The translations under genes and the position numbers were made by a program. From positions 300,001 through 332,000 of the forward strand of contig NZ_CP007496.1 of NCBI RefSeq assembly GCF_000803625.1: DNA of 32,000 nt. The letters are read 5' to 3'. The number at the start of each line of letters is the position of its first letter. The first letter of the stretch is position 1. Origin of the DNA: Candidatus Nanosynbacter lyticus. Lineage in GTDB: Bacteria; Patescibacteriota; Saccharimonadia; Saccharimonadales; Saccharimonadaceae. The notes beneath the pieces were generated by a model. It was not told where the DNA came from, did not search any database, and saw only the letters and a program-made list of their open reading frames with translations. Shown in pieces: positions 9,225 to 16,722 of this stretch.

Positions 9225-9233
9225 AAGTTTCCT

Positions 9234-9749
9234 TTACAGTGCTGCTTCGACAGCTGCCCAGGTAGCGTCAGGATTGTCTTCTGGGATGATGATGGTGACT
9301 TGGTCGCCAATGTTAATGCGGAAATAAGTGACGCTGGCGAGTAAAATACGATACTCACGACCAGAAGCCTCAACGTAATAGACGCCGTCGTGTTGGACGA
9401 GCGTGCCGATGACCTGCTTGCGTGGCACTGGGCCGATTTGCTTATAGATAAAGCTGCCGTCTTCTGCGATGGTCAATTTCATCAAATCACCCTCAACCAG
9501 CTTAGACTTCGAAGCGTAATTGGCAGGGATTGGGTAATTTTTTCCGTCAGGACTAAGCATCATTTGCCCGTCAAATACACCTTCGATAACTTTTCCAGTT
9601 ACGTTATCAGATGAGGTCTTTGGTGTGACCACTTGCCCATCGTCACCGATGATGCTGATTAATAGTTCTTTTGCAGCAGCTAAGTTAGTTTCCGCCTCTT
9701 GAATAAGTGTCCGAAGACGCTTAATTTGTTTTTCTGGTAATTCAGACAT
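9234..9749 (-). CDS. Hypothetical protein (N-terminal coiled coil plus two similar beta-rich halves)
   Basis: 171 aa. The N-terminus is helical (MSELPEKQIKRLRTLIQEAETNLAAAKELL). Two halves then share the pattern DG..G..Y.I...GD.....I.ED. There is a 9-nt gap to the next ORF. Confidence 0.65.
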   Translation of the reverse strand: MSELPEKQIKRLRTLIQEAETNLAAAKELLISIIGDDGQVVTPKTSSDNVTGKVIEGVFDGQMMLSPDGKNYPIPANYASKSKLVEGDLMKLTIAEDGSFIYKQIGPVPRKQVIGTLVQHDGVYYVEASGREYRILLASVTYFRINIGDQVTIIIPEDNPDATWAAVEAAL

Positions 9750-9939
9750 GGTTCTCGCAATTCCTTTGTCTATTTTTATAATACTTAACTAATATATAAC
9801 ACAGCTTTATGTTTGTGGCAAGTCGTCATATCTATTTTTATCTAATTTTCCACAGCGCTATAAGATGTGAATAAAAAAGTGTTGCAAATTTTACCCTTGC
9901 AATTGGCGTGCGGTTCATGATATTAGCAAGCGGTCACAT

Positions 9940-9967
9940 AAAAATCACCGCCCAAAGCGGACGGTGA
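9940..9967 (-). terminator. Rho-independent terminator downstream of rplL
   Basis: On the minus strand, TCACCG pairs with CGGTGA and is followed by TTTTT (plus-strand A-run at 9940-9944). Confidence 0.65.
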
Positions 9968-9999
9968 TCAAACGAAACAAATTGGCGTTATATAACAAA

Positions 10000-10377
10000 T
10001 TATGAAAGCTCAACGCTAGCGCCGGCACCTTCCAAAGTCTTCTTTGCAGCTTCAGCGTCGTCTTTAGAAACTTTCTCTACAACTGGTGCTGGAGCGCCGT
10101 CGACGATAGCTTTTGCTTCGCCAAGGCCCAAACCGGTGATTTCTTTAACAGCCTTGATGACAGCAACCTTCTGAGAACCAGCGTCTTTCAAAGTAACTGT
10201 GAACTCAGTTTTTTCGTCAGCCGCAGCAGCGTCACCGCCAGCAGCTGGACCAGCAACAGCGACAGCTGCAGCAGCTGGCTCGATGCCATATTCTTCTTTA
10301 AGATGATTTTTCAATTCGTTAACTTCTAGAACTGTCAATTTTACAAGTTCTTCAGCCAATTTCTTAATATCAGCCAT
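10000..10377 (-). CDS. rplL: 50S ribosomal protein L7/L12
   Basis: 125 aa with an Ala/Gly hinge and the C-terminal domain [27 protein letters not shown]. Confidence 0.97.
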   Translation of the reverse strand: MADIKKLAEELVKLTVLEVNELKNHLKEEYGIEPAAAAVAVAGPAAGGDAAAADEKTEFTVTLKDAGSQKVAVIKAVKEITGLGLGEAKAIVDGAPAPVVEKVSKDDAEAAKKTLEGAGASVELS

Positions 10378-10442
10378 TGATATTCTCCTTGATTATTATA
10401 TTGTTGCGATGAATGCAACGTTACTAGTATTGATTGCTAAAC

Positions 10443-10967
10443 TTAAGCAGTAGCTTTGGCTTCGATGCCGTCCAGAAGTCCGTACAAATTGCCACCAAGC
10501 GCGTTGACTGTGTCGTGTACTGGTGATAGCAATTGTGATACCACTTGAGCAACGAGCTGGTCTTTGCTCGGTAGACCTGCCAATGCTTTAACGTCAGCTT
10601 CGCTAATTGCCAAGCCTTCGCCCGAGAAGCCACCTGCAAGTTGTAATGCTGGATGCGTTTTTGCAAACGTGTCCAATACCTTTGCTGGCATAACTTCATC
10701 TTCGGTGCTTACAGCGTAAACCAATTGACCAACCAATAAGCTGGTGTCGGTTTCTTTGTAAGTATCGATTTCCTGAAGAGCTACGCGCACCAGTCGGTTT
10801 TTAACAACCTTGATGGTAACGCCCGCTTCGCGGGCAGCCTTGCGTAGTTCTTGCAAGTCAGCCACGGTAAGTGTCTGATAGCGAGCGAACGCTGTACCTT
10901 TGGCGTCTTTTAGAAGCCCTGTTAGTTCAGCAACCAAAGTTTGTTTTTTATCGCGTGAAATTGCCAT
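10443..10967 (-). CDS. rplJ: 50S ribosomal protein L10
   Basis: 174 aa (MAISRDKKQTLVAELTGLLKDAKG...TVADLQELRK). It lies directly upstream of rplL. Confidence 0.95.
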   Translation of the reverse strand: MAISRDKKQTLVAELTGLLKDAKGTAFARYQTLTVADLQELRKAAREAGVTIKVVKNRLVRVALQEIDTYKETDTSLLVGQLVYAVSTEDEVMPAKVLDTFAKTHPALQLAGGFSGEGLAISEADVKALAGLPSKDQLVAQVVSQLLSPVHDTVNALGGNLYGLLDGIEAKATA

Positions 10968-11034
10968 AAAAATCCTTTCTTTGATTGAGTTAATTTGTTA
11001 TGTGCCAATTTGTTAACGTGCGGTAATGGAGAAT

Positions 11035-11071
11035 CAAAAAACGTCTTTGATTCTCGCACTACCAAAGACGT
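11035..11071 (-). terminator. Hairpin with U-run between the wbl gene and rplJ (wbl terminator and/or L10-leader attenuator)
   Basis: On the minus strand, ACGTCTTTG, a 13-nt loop and CAAAGACGT are followed by TTTTTT. It lies 130 nt after the wbl stop and 68 nt before the rplJ ATG. Confidence 0.6.
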
Positions 11072-11200
11072 CAAATAAAACTGTTAGTTTCATCCCTCGG
11101 TGGCATTTTTACATCTGTTTTTACACAAATCGCCACTGTCTTTGGTAATGTTCCTTAGAATTGTAGCAGAAATGACAACGAAAGACAAGGGTTATGGCGA

Positions 11201-11527
11201 TTATTCTCCAGCTGATTCAATTGCCTTTTTTATCGCTTTTTTACCTGATCGTAATATTCTTCTGCGTTGAGGGGCAGTTGTGCCTCCCCAAACTCCATAT
11301 TCAGTAGATTCTGGGTGTTGGAGCGCATATTCTAGACATTGCTTTAATACTGGGCATTTTCGACACATGGCTATGGCGGCTTCCGCGGCTTCTGTCTTTC
11401 TGATACCTCTTAAATCTTGATTTGGAATACTTGAGTTTATTTGGAAAAATAAGCGATCAGCTTCTTCGGGAGCTAGTCTCGCGCATTCGGCGCCGTCCAA
11501 TAGACCTTTGTTATTCAATTTTGACAT
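11201..11527 (-). CDS. WhiB-like (Wbl) [4Fe-4S] transcription factor
   Basis: 108 aa. Four Cys residues are in Wbl spacing (AECARL...LFF...MCRKCPVLKQC). These are followed by the G[VI]WGG turn (YGVWGGTT) and a basic tail (QRRRILRSGKKAIKK). Confidence 0.85.
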   Translation of the reverse strand: MSKLNNKGLLDGAECARLAPEEADRLFFQINSSIPNQDLRGIRKTEAAEAAIAMCRKCPVLKQCLEYALQHPESTEYGVWGGTTAPQRRRILRSGKKAIKKAIESAGE

Positions 11528-11533
11528 ATTATT

Positions 11534-11562
11534 ATTTTACAATAATATAGTAATAAAATCAA
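11534..11562 (-). promoter_or_regulatory. Putative promoter of wbl (TTGATT, 17 nt, TAAAAT), implying a leaderless mRNA
   Basis: The reverse complement of 11557-11562 is TTGATT and of 11534-11539 is TAAAAT. Only 6 nt separate the -10 element from the ATG, and there is no Shine-Dalgarno sequence. Confidence 0.35.
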
Positions 11563-11585
11563 ATATATATTAATCTTGGACAAAG

Positions 11586-11612
11586 AAAAAGCCCGCTCTG
11601 TAGTAGAGCGGG
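11586..11612 (-). terminator. Rho-independent terminator of the proline-repeat surface-protein gene
   Basis: On the minus strand, CCCGCTCT, loop ACTAC and AGAGCGGG are followed by C and TTTTT. Confidence 0.7.
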
Positions 11613-11639
11613 TGTGAACTTTTACGCCTATGATTGGCG

Positions 11640-11676
11640 CCGAGGGGTGCTAGAGGGTTGGGCTAGCACCCCTCGG
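11640..11676. repeat. Perfect 14-bp GC-rich inverted repeat (stem-loop) 13 nt after the stop codon
   Basis: CCGAGGGGTGCTAG (11640-11653) pairs with CTAGCACCCCTCGG (11663-11676) across a 9-nt loop. No U-run follows it. Confidence 0.8.
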
Positions 11677-11688
11677 ACTAGGGGTGTT

Positions 11689-12378
11689 TCAGGCGCGGCG
11701 CTTCTGCCTCGCCTGAGATATCACTTCCCACCCCAGCGCGGCCAAGATGACCGCGATCCAGGGTAGGTTAGCAGAAGATGACCCGGTCTTCGCCAGGACC
11801 GAAGTCTCTGGCTTAGACTCCGGAGTCGGTGTAGGACTTGGTTCCGGTGCCGGAGGCGGAGGTGTCGGTTCCGTCGTTGGTGTGGGCACCGGTTCCGGCG
11901 TGGGTGCCGGAGGCGGAGGTGTCGGTTCCGTCGTTGGTGTGGGCACCGGTTCCGGCGTGGGTGCCGGAGGCGGAGGTGTCGGTTCCGTCGTTGGTGTGGG
12001 CACCGGTTCCGGCGTGGGTGCCGGAGGCGGAGGTGTCGGTTCCGTCGTTGGTGTGGGCACCGGTTCCGGCGTGGGTGCCGGAGGCGGAGGTGTCGGTTCC
12101 GTCGTTGGTGTGGGCACCGGTTCCGGCGTGGGTGCCGGAGGCGGAGGTGTCGGTTCCGTCGTTGGTGTGGGCACCGGTTCCGGCGTGGGTGCCGGAGGCG
12201 TCGGAGGTACACATTGCTCCACGGAAGGGTTGCACTCGATACAACCTTTCCCGGTACATTCCAATGAAGGGGTGGTGGCTTGGGATGTTCCTCCGAAGAG
12301 GAGGGCCGTTCCGATGAACCCTAGGAGGATCGCCCCTAAAACGATCCTTAGGGGGGTCCGCTTCCTTGGCCTGGTCAT
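11689..12378 (-). CDS. Secreted LAxTG-anchored proline/threonine-rich tandem-repeat surface protein
   Basis: The ATG at 12378 has an RBS (AAAGGGA). The product has a signal peptide (MTRPRKRTPLRIVLGAILLGFIGTALLFGGTSQA) and 6 copies of the 19-aa unit TPEPVPTPTTEPTPPPPAP. The C-terminal LAKTG, hydrophobic helix and RQKRRA tail form a sortase signal. The ORF track extends to a GTG at 12420. Confidence 0.85.
   Translation of the reverse strand: MTRPRKRTPLRIVLGAILLGFIGTALLFGGTSQATTPSLECTGKGCIECNPSVEQCVPPTPPAPTPEPVPTPTTEPTPPPPAPTPEPVPTPTTEPTPPPPAPTPEPVPTPTTEPTPPPPAPTPEPVPTPTTEPTPPPPAPTPEPVPTPTTEPTPPPPAPTPEPVPTPTTEPTPPPPAPEPSPTPTPESKPETSVLAKTGSSSANLPWIAVILAALGWEVISQARQKRRA
11846..12200. repeat. Tandem repeat, 57-bp unit, 6 full apparently identical copies plus a partial copy
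   Basis: The unit GGTGCCGGAGGCGGAGGTGTCGGTTCCGTCGTTGGTGTGGGCACCGGTTCCGGCGTG starts at 11846, 11903, 11960, 12017, 12074 and 12131. A partial copy begins at 12188. Confidence 0.95.
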
Positions 12379-12562
12379 GATTTTTCCCTTTCGTGAGTGG
12401 TGCTGATTGTAAAAGTTCACTGTCCAGTCACGCTGGAAAGTAAAAAATACACATCAGCAATCTATTGGACTTTACTATTTTAGCATAAAATCAGAAAAAA
12501 TCAATAGTCTAATAAAAAATCCCGCCAGAATTGACGGGATTTAATTGTCTGAAATGTAAAGA

Positions 12563-13570
12563 CTACAAAGAGTTCTCTACTTTAATACCAGGGCCCATAG
12601 TTGTAGCGACTGCAACACTCTTAATGTAAACACCCTTTAAGCTGGACGGCTTTTGAGAGTTTAAGCTGCTTAGGAATGCGCGTGCGTTTTCTGACAATTT
12701 TTCAGTACCGAATGATACTTTTCCGATTGATAAGTGAACGATGGCTTGCTTATCAACGCGATATTCAACTTTTCCGGCCTTTGCTTCAGAAACGGCTTTA
12801 GCGACGTCGGCAGCAACGGTGCCAGACTTTGGATTTGGCATCAAACCGCGTGGGCCAAGCAATCGTGCGTACTTACCAAGCTTTGGCATGTACTGCGGAG
12901 TTGCAACCAAAATGTCGAAGTTCAGCTCTTCCTTATCCAATTGGCTTAGGAATTCTTCGTCACCAATGATGTCAGCGCCAGCTTTTTTAGCGGCAGCATG
13001 TTCTGATTCTGGTGCGAAAACTGCTACGCGAACATCCTTACCTGTACCGTGCGGCAATGCTACGGTTGAGCGGATGTTTTGGTCCGCTTGGCGTGGGTCA
13101 ACGCCCAAGCGGATGTGGATTTCAACACTAGCGTCAAACTTAACTGGGCTGGTTTCAGTGGCCAATTTCAAAGCCTCGTCTAAGCTGTACAATTTGTTCT
13201 TCTCGATGTTTTTTGCAACTTCCTGGTATTTTTTACCGCGGCGCTCCAAGCGTGGACGAGTAACTGGCTTTGGGCCTTTCTTTACGTGAGCCTCAGCATC
13301 GTCAGACTGTGGAGTGGTGTCGCCAGCTTCCTTGCGAGCTTCCTTCTCTGCTTTTTCAGCAGCCTCGTCTAGGGCTTTTTGGCTGCGTTTGCCAGATTTG
13401 GCAACTACGGCTTCACGTTCAGCGACGACATCTTTGTCTTTGTTGTCGTGAGATTTAGTTGTATCGGCAGCTTCTGCAATTGCTGCTTCAATTTCAGCGA
13501 TCGTGTTTTTTTCGCTGACTGCTAATTTTAGTTCTGCTGCTTTTTCTAGCAACTCGGCTTTCTTTACCAT
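12563..13570 (-). CDS. rplA: 50S ribosomal protein L1 with a ~110-aa N-terminal extension
   Basis: The core L1 sequence starts near KKYQEVAKNIEKNKLYSLDEALKL...VRVAVFA...LGPRGLMPNPK. The only good start is the ATG at 13570 (MVKK), which has an AAAGGA RBS. The ORF track extends to 13633. Confidence 0.9.
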   Translation of the reverse strand: MVKKAELLEKAAELKLAVSEKNTIAEIEAAIAEAADTTKSHDNKDKDVVAEREAVVAKSGKRSQKALDEAAEKAEKEARKEAGDTTPQSDDAEAHVKKGPKPVTRPRLERRGKKYQEVAKNIEKNKLYSLDEALKLATETSPVKFDASVEIHIRLGVDPRQADQNIRSTVALPHGTGKDVRVAVFAPESEHAAAKKAGADIIGDEEFLSQLDKEELNFDILVATPQYMPKLGKYARLLGPRGLMPNPKSGTVAADVAKAVSEAKAGKVEYRVDKQAIVHLSIGKVSFGTEKLSENARAFLSSLNSQKPSSLKGVYIKSVAVATTMGPGIKVENSL

Positions 13571-13684
13571 AATAATCCTTTCTGTGGTACGAACGGCGAT
13601 TCGTGACTCTACGACGGACCCGCCTCCCAGCATTGATTGATAGTGATGAAATTATACCATATTTTTAGAGATTAGTGCAAATAT

Positions 13685-13712
13685 TTGATTTTATGAAAAA
13701 GAATTGTATAAT
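13685..13712 (+). promoter_or_regulatory. Putative promoter (TTGATT, 16 nt, TATAAT) for the downstream orphan gene
   Basis: TTGATT is at 13685-13690 and TATAAT at 13707-13712, preceded by TG. The ATG at 13723 is only 10 nt downstream and has no Shine-Dalgarno sequence. Confidence 0.35.
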
Positions 13713-13722
13713 ATTTAATATT

Positions 13723-14217
13723 ATGAGTGAGTTTTCGGAAAGGTCAAATAGAGATAAGTTTACGGAAATCGTAGGTAACGAAGACGGTTCTTTAGGAACG
13801 ATAGATATCTACGTCCCAGAGCAATGTATGTCCTGTCCAAGAATAATAGAAGCGTTAAATAACCTAGATGAATACAGAAAAACAGTAAACAGACTTTTGG
13901 CGATGGCGTTGGGCGGTGATAAAGTAGCGTTGGTTGACGAGGCTACCGGCGAGACATTAGATGAAGATAAAGCTACCAAAATTGTTTGTAAAATGGCCGC
14001 CAGCGGAATGAACGAGCTAGATGAAAATATTGCAAAAGCGCAGAGGGATATTTACATGTTAGCTAATGGGTGTACAGGACCCTTGGGGCTGCAGGCATCT
14101 GATGGAGAGAGGCGCGTGAGTGTCCATATGTGTGATAGTCCAGGAGTTTTTTATTCAGGCTTGGGTGAGTCACAGATCGGAGAGGCTGTAATAATAGAGC
14201 GCGAATTAGAAGAGTGA
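13723..14217 (+). CDS. Hypothetical acidic protein with scattered Cys residues (CMSC...C...C...C)
   Basis: The ORF is open from 13675 (GTG). The start was moved to the ATG at 13723 (MSEFSERS) on the basis of the promoter position. No family was recognised. Confidence 0.55.
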   Translation: MSEFSERSNRDKFTEIVGNEDGSLGTIDIYVPEQCMSCPRIIEALNNLDEYRKTVNRLLAMALGGDKVALVDEATGETLDEDKATKIVCKMAASGMNELDENIAKAQRDIYMLANGCTGPLGLQASDGERRVSVHMCDSPGVFYSGLGESQIGEAVIIERELEE

Positions 14218-14276
14218 TATTTTTATATAAAATGAGGGCTAACGCATAGTTACTGTTTTTTGCTAAACTAGTAACT

Positions 14277-15557
14277 ATGGACATAACAATTACAAACATA
14301 CAGGCAAGGCAAATTTTAGATTCACGTGGTAATCCGACGGTTGAGGCTGACGTAATTCTGAGTGACGGTTCTTTTGGGCGGGCGGCTGTTCCCTCTGGTG
14401 CTAGTACTGGGTCGTTTGAAGCGGTTGAGCTGAGGGATGGTGAGTTGGCGTTCGGCGGTAAGGGTGTGCTTCGAGCGGTTGATAACGTTAATAATGAAAT
14501 CGCTCAGGCCTTAAAAGGAATGAGCCCGTTTGATCAGGCGGCGATTGACAATAAAATGAAATCTCTGGATGGTACGCCAAATAAGGCGCGCCTGGGTGCA
14601 AATGCAATTTTAGCGGTGTCGTTGGCTGTAGCGAAAGCTGCCGCTAAGTCACGTGGCGTGGAGTTGTATCAATACGTCAATAGCTTGGCTGGAAATCCTA
14701 CAATGTCTCTGCCGATGCCGATGATTAATGTGATGAACGGCGGCCAGCATGCGCTCGGTGCGACTGATTTTCAGGAATATATGATTATTCCAACTAGTGC
14801 GGCAACTTTTGCGGATGCGGTTCGAATGAGCGCGGAAGTTTTTCATGCGCTGGCGAAAATCCTGAAAGATGAGGGTTATCCGACGACAGTTGGTGATGAA
14901 GGTGGCTATGCGCCGCATGTCAGAAATGGCAACATGGAGCCAATTCTGCTTTTGACTAGAGCGATTGAGCAGGCCGGCTATAAATTGGGTGTAGACTTTG
15001 GGTTTGCGCTGGATGTGGCGGCAAGTGAGCTTTATAAAGATGGCAAATATCACTTGTCGACTGAGCGCCGCGTATTGTCGGCTGATGAAATGATTCGCAC
15101 ATATAAGGCGCTGCTTGGGCGCGTGCCGGTTCTTTCGATTGAGGATGGCTTAAACGAAGAAGCCTGGGAAGATTGGGAGAAGATGACAGCAGATTTGGGG
15201 CATTTTGCTCAGTTGGTTGGTGATGATCTTCTGGTGACGAATGTCGAGCGATTGAAGCGTGGAATTGAGGAAAAAGCTGGCAATGCTATTTTAATTAAGC
15301 CAAATCAAATTGGCACATTGACTGAGACTATTCAGGCGGTTGTGATGGCGAAAAATGCTGGCTGGAACACCGTGATGAGTCATCGGTCGGGTGAAACTGA
15401 GGATGTAACAATTTCTCATCTGGCAGTTGGACTGGGAACGGGTCAAATTAAGACTGGCTCGATGTCTCGCTCGGAGAGAATTGCTAAATATAATGAGCTG
15501 CTGAGAATTGCGGAAAAGCGTCCAGATTTGGAAATTGCCCATCCGTTTGTCAGATAA
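14277..15557 (+). CDS. eno: Enolase (phosphopyruvate hydratase)
   Basis: 426 aa: [48 protein letters not shown] and SHRSGETED. Confidence 0.97.
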   Translation: MDITITNIQARQILDSRGNPTVEADVILSDGSFGRAAVPSGASTGSFEAVELRDGELAFGGKGVLRAVDNVNNEIAQALKGMSPFDQAAIDNKMKSLDGTPNKARLGANAILAVSLAVAKAAAKSRGVELYQYVNSLAGNPTMSLPMPMINVMNGGQHALGATDFQEYMIIPTSAATFADAVRMSAEVFHALAKILKDEGYPTTVGDEGGYAPHVRNGNMEPILLLTRAIEQAGYKLGVDFGFALDVAASELYKDGKYHLSTERRVLSADEMIRTYKALLGRVPVLSIEDGLNEEAWEDWEKMTADLGHFAQLVGDDLLVTNVERLKRGIEEKAGNAILIKPNQIGTLTETIQAVVMAKNAGWNTVMSHRSGETEDVTISHLAVGLGTGQIKTGSMSRSERIAKYNELLRIAEKRPDLEIAHPFVR

Positions 15558-15564
15558 TCTACGA

Positions 15565-15606
15565 AAAAAGCTTCCCTTTTAGGTGTCTAACGGGAAGTTT
15601 TTTGTT
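15565..15606. terminator. Bidirectional terminator between eno and the tsaC-like gene
   Basis: CTTCCC (15571-15576) pairs with GGGAAG (15592-15597). An A-run precedes it and TTTTTTG follows. Confidence 0.65.
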
Positions 15607-15612
15607 TGAAAA

Positions 15613-16170
15613 TTATTTTCTTATAAATTCAATTTCTCCGGAGTCATTGATGCGGATAATTTGTGACGGCTTAGAATCTACAATTTCTCCGGAATCAACA
15701 TAGACGGAAGCAGATTCATGGAAGTAATTGATTGCCTCGGTAATGTTATTTGCTGACTCTTTATCTGGTGGGTTAGCACTAGGAGCGGCTAAGTAGCCGA
15801 CTTTCTGAATTAATTCCGACAGTGGTGATTTTGGGATGACACGAAATGCCAGCGTGCCGTTAATGTGCGGTATATGTGGCAGAAAATCAGGCGATACATT
15901 CACGACTATTGTCGTTGGTTGATTTTTGGCTAACTCTTGATAACTTTCTTGTAAGTGTGGCGCCAACCCAGGAATATCATTAATGTCGGTAACAAGAACG
16001 ATAACAGATTTATCTAAGGATCTTTGCTTGATTTTATACAATCTTTCAATTGCTCTCTTTGATTCAGCTCTAGCCAGTACGCCATAAATAGTGTCGGTCT
16101 TAGCGACGACTAGCTGATCGGATTGGAGAGCTGAGATAACTGCACTGTCTAAAATATTTTCTACAATCAT
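15613..16170 (-). CDS. tsaC: YrdC/TsaC-family L-threonylcarbamoyladenylate synthase-like protein
   Basis: 185 aa: KTDTIYGVLA, IKQRSLDKSVIVLV, AAPSANPP, and PSQIIRI near the C-terminus. Confidence 0.75.
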   Translation of the reverse strand: MIVENILDSAVISALQSDQLVVAKTDTIYGVLARAESKRAIERLYKIKQRSLDKSVIVLVTDINDIPGLAPHLQESYQELAKNQPTTIVVNVSPDFLPHIPHINGTLAFRVIPKSPLSELIQKVGYLAAPSANPPDKESANNITEAINYFHESASVYVDSGEIVDSKPSQIIRINDSGEIEFIRK

Positions 16171-16230
16171 TTTTCAAATTTTACCATAAAAATAACCCCG
16201 ACAGATTCGGGGCTATTCTCCTTTTTCAAA

Positions 16231-16656
16231 TTAGTCGACGATTTCTACGCCCATTGAGCGAGCTGATCCAGCAACAACTTTCATTGCGCCTTCAATATCG
16301 ATTGCGTTCAATTGGTCTTTTTTCGCTTCAGCAATTTCTTGTAATTGCGCGCGAGTAAGCTTACCAACCTTATCAACGTGTGGCTTACCACTTCCCTTTT
16401 GGATGCCAGCCTTTTCACGAATCATGTCGTCAACTGGTTGTCCAAGCGAATTCCAAGTGAAGGTTCGATCTTCGTAAACTTGAATGTGAACAATTACGTC
16501 CTTACCCATCATGTCTTTGGTGGCGTCGTTAAATGGATTGATAAAGTCCATCATGTTCAAGCCCCACTGACCGAGTGTTGAACCAACTGGAGGACCTGCT
16601 GTCGCCCGACCAGCTGGAATGCGCAATTTTAAATTACCAATAATTTTCTTTGCCAT
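16231..16656 (-). CDS. rplK: 50S ribosomal protein L11
   Basis: 141 aa: LKLRIPAGRATAGPPVGSTLGQWGLNMMDF. Confidence 0.97.
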   Translation of the reverse strand: MAKKIIGNLKLRIPAGRATAGPPVGSTLGQWGLNMMDFINPFNDATKDMMGKDVIVHIQVYEDRTFTWNSLGQPVDDMIREKAGIQKGSGKPHVDKVGKLTRAQLQEIAEAKKDQLNAIDIEGAMKVVAGSARSMGVEIVD

Positions 16657-16722
16657 AGTTATTCCTTATAGTTTATAGTGCGTAACCCGAATATTATAGC
16701 GAAAAATTCGCTAAATTGCAAG

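Noticed and set aside
10424-10699. 91-aa ORF overlapping rplJ in another frame
   Set aside because: It is embedded in the L10 coding sequence and has an implausible composition (W/Q/K-rich). L10 homology explains the locus.
11846-12200. Possible CRISPR array, because of the regularly spaced identical repeats
   Set aside because: The repeats are directly abutting 57-bp units with no unique spacers, and they are in frame inside a coding gene. No cas genes are present.
11721-12406. Four long ORFs (148-219 aa) in other frames or strands across the proline-repeat gene (11721..12212, 11747..12406, 11813..12259, 11838..12317)
   Set aside because: They are periodic read-throughs of the same stop-free, GC-rich 57-bp repeat. 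They have no start context, signal peptide or domain logic. The minus-strand frame with a signal peptide and an LAKTG sorting signal explains the region.
13571-13633. Upstream extension of rplA (MLGGGSVVESRIAVRTTERII...) from the ORF track
   Set aside because: The extension has no RBS, whereas the ATG at 13570 has AAAGGA at proper spacing. The upstream stretch is more likely a structured leader.
14246-14278. 8-bp inverted repeat (ATAGTTAC / GTAACTAT) overlapping the eno start codon, as a possible translational control hairpin
   Set aside because: The stem is short and AT-rich with a 17-nt loop, which is easily produced by chance in AT-rich intergenic DNA. It has no supporting features.
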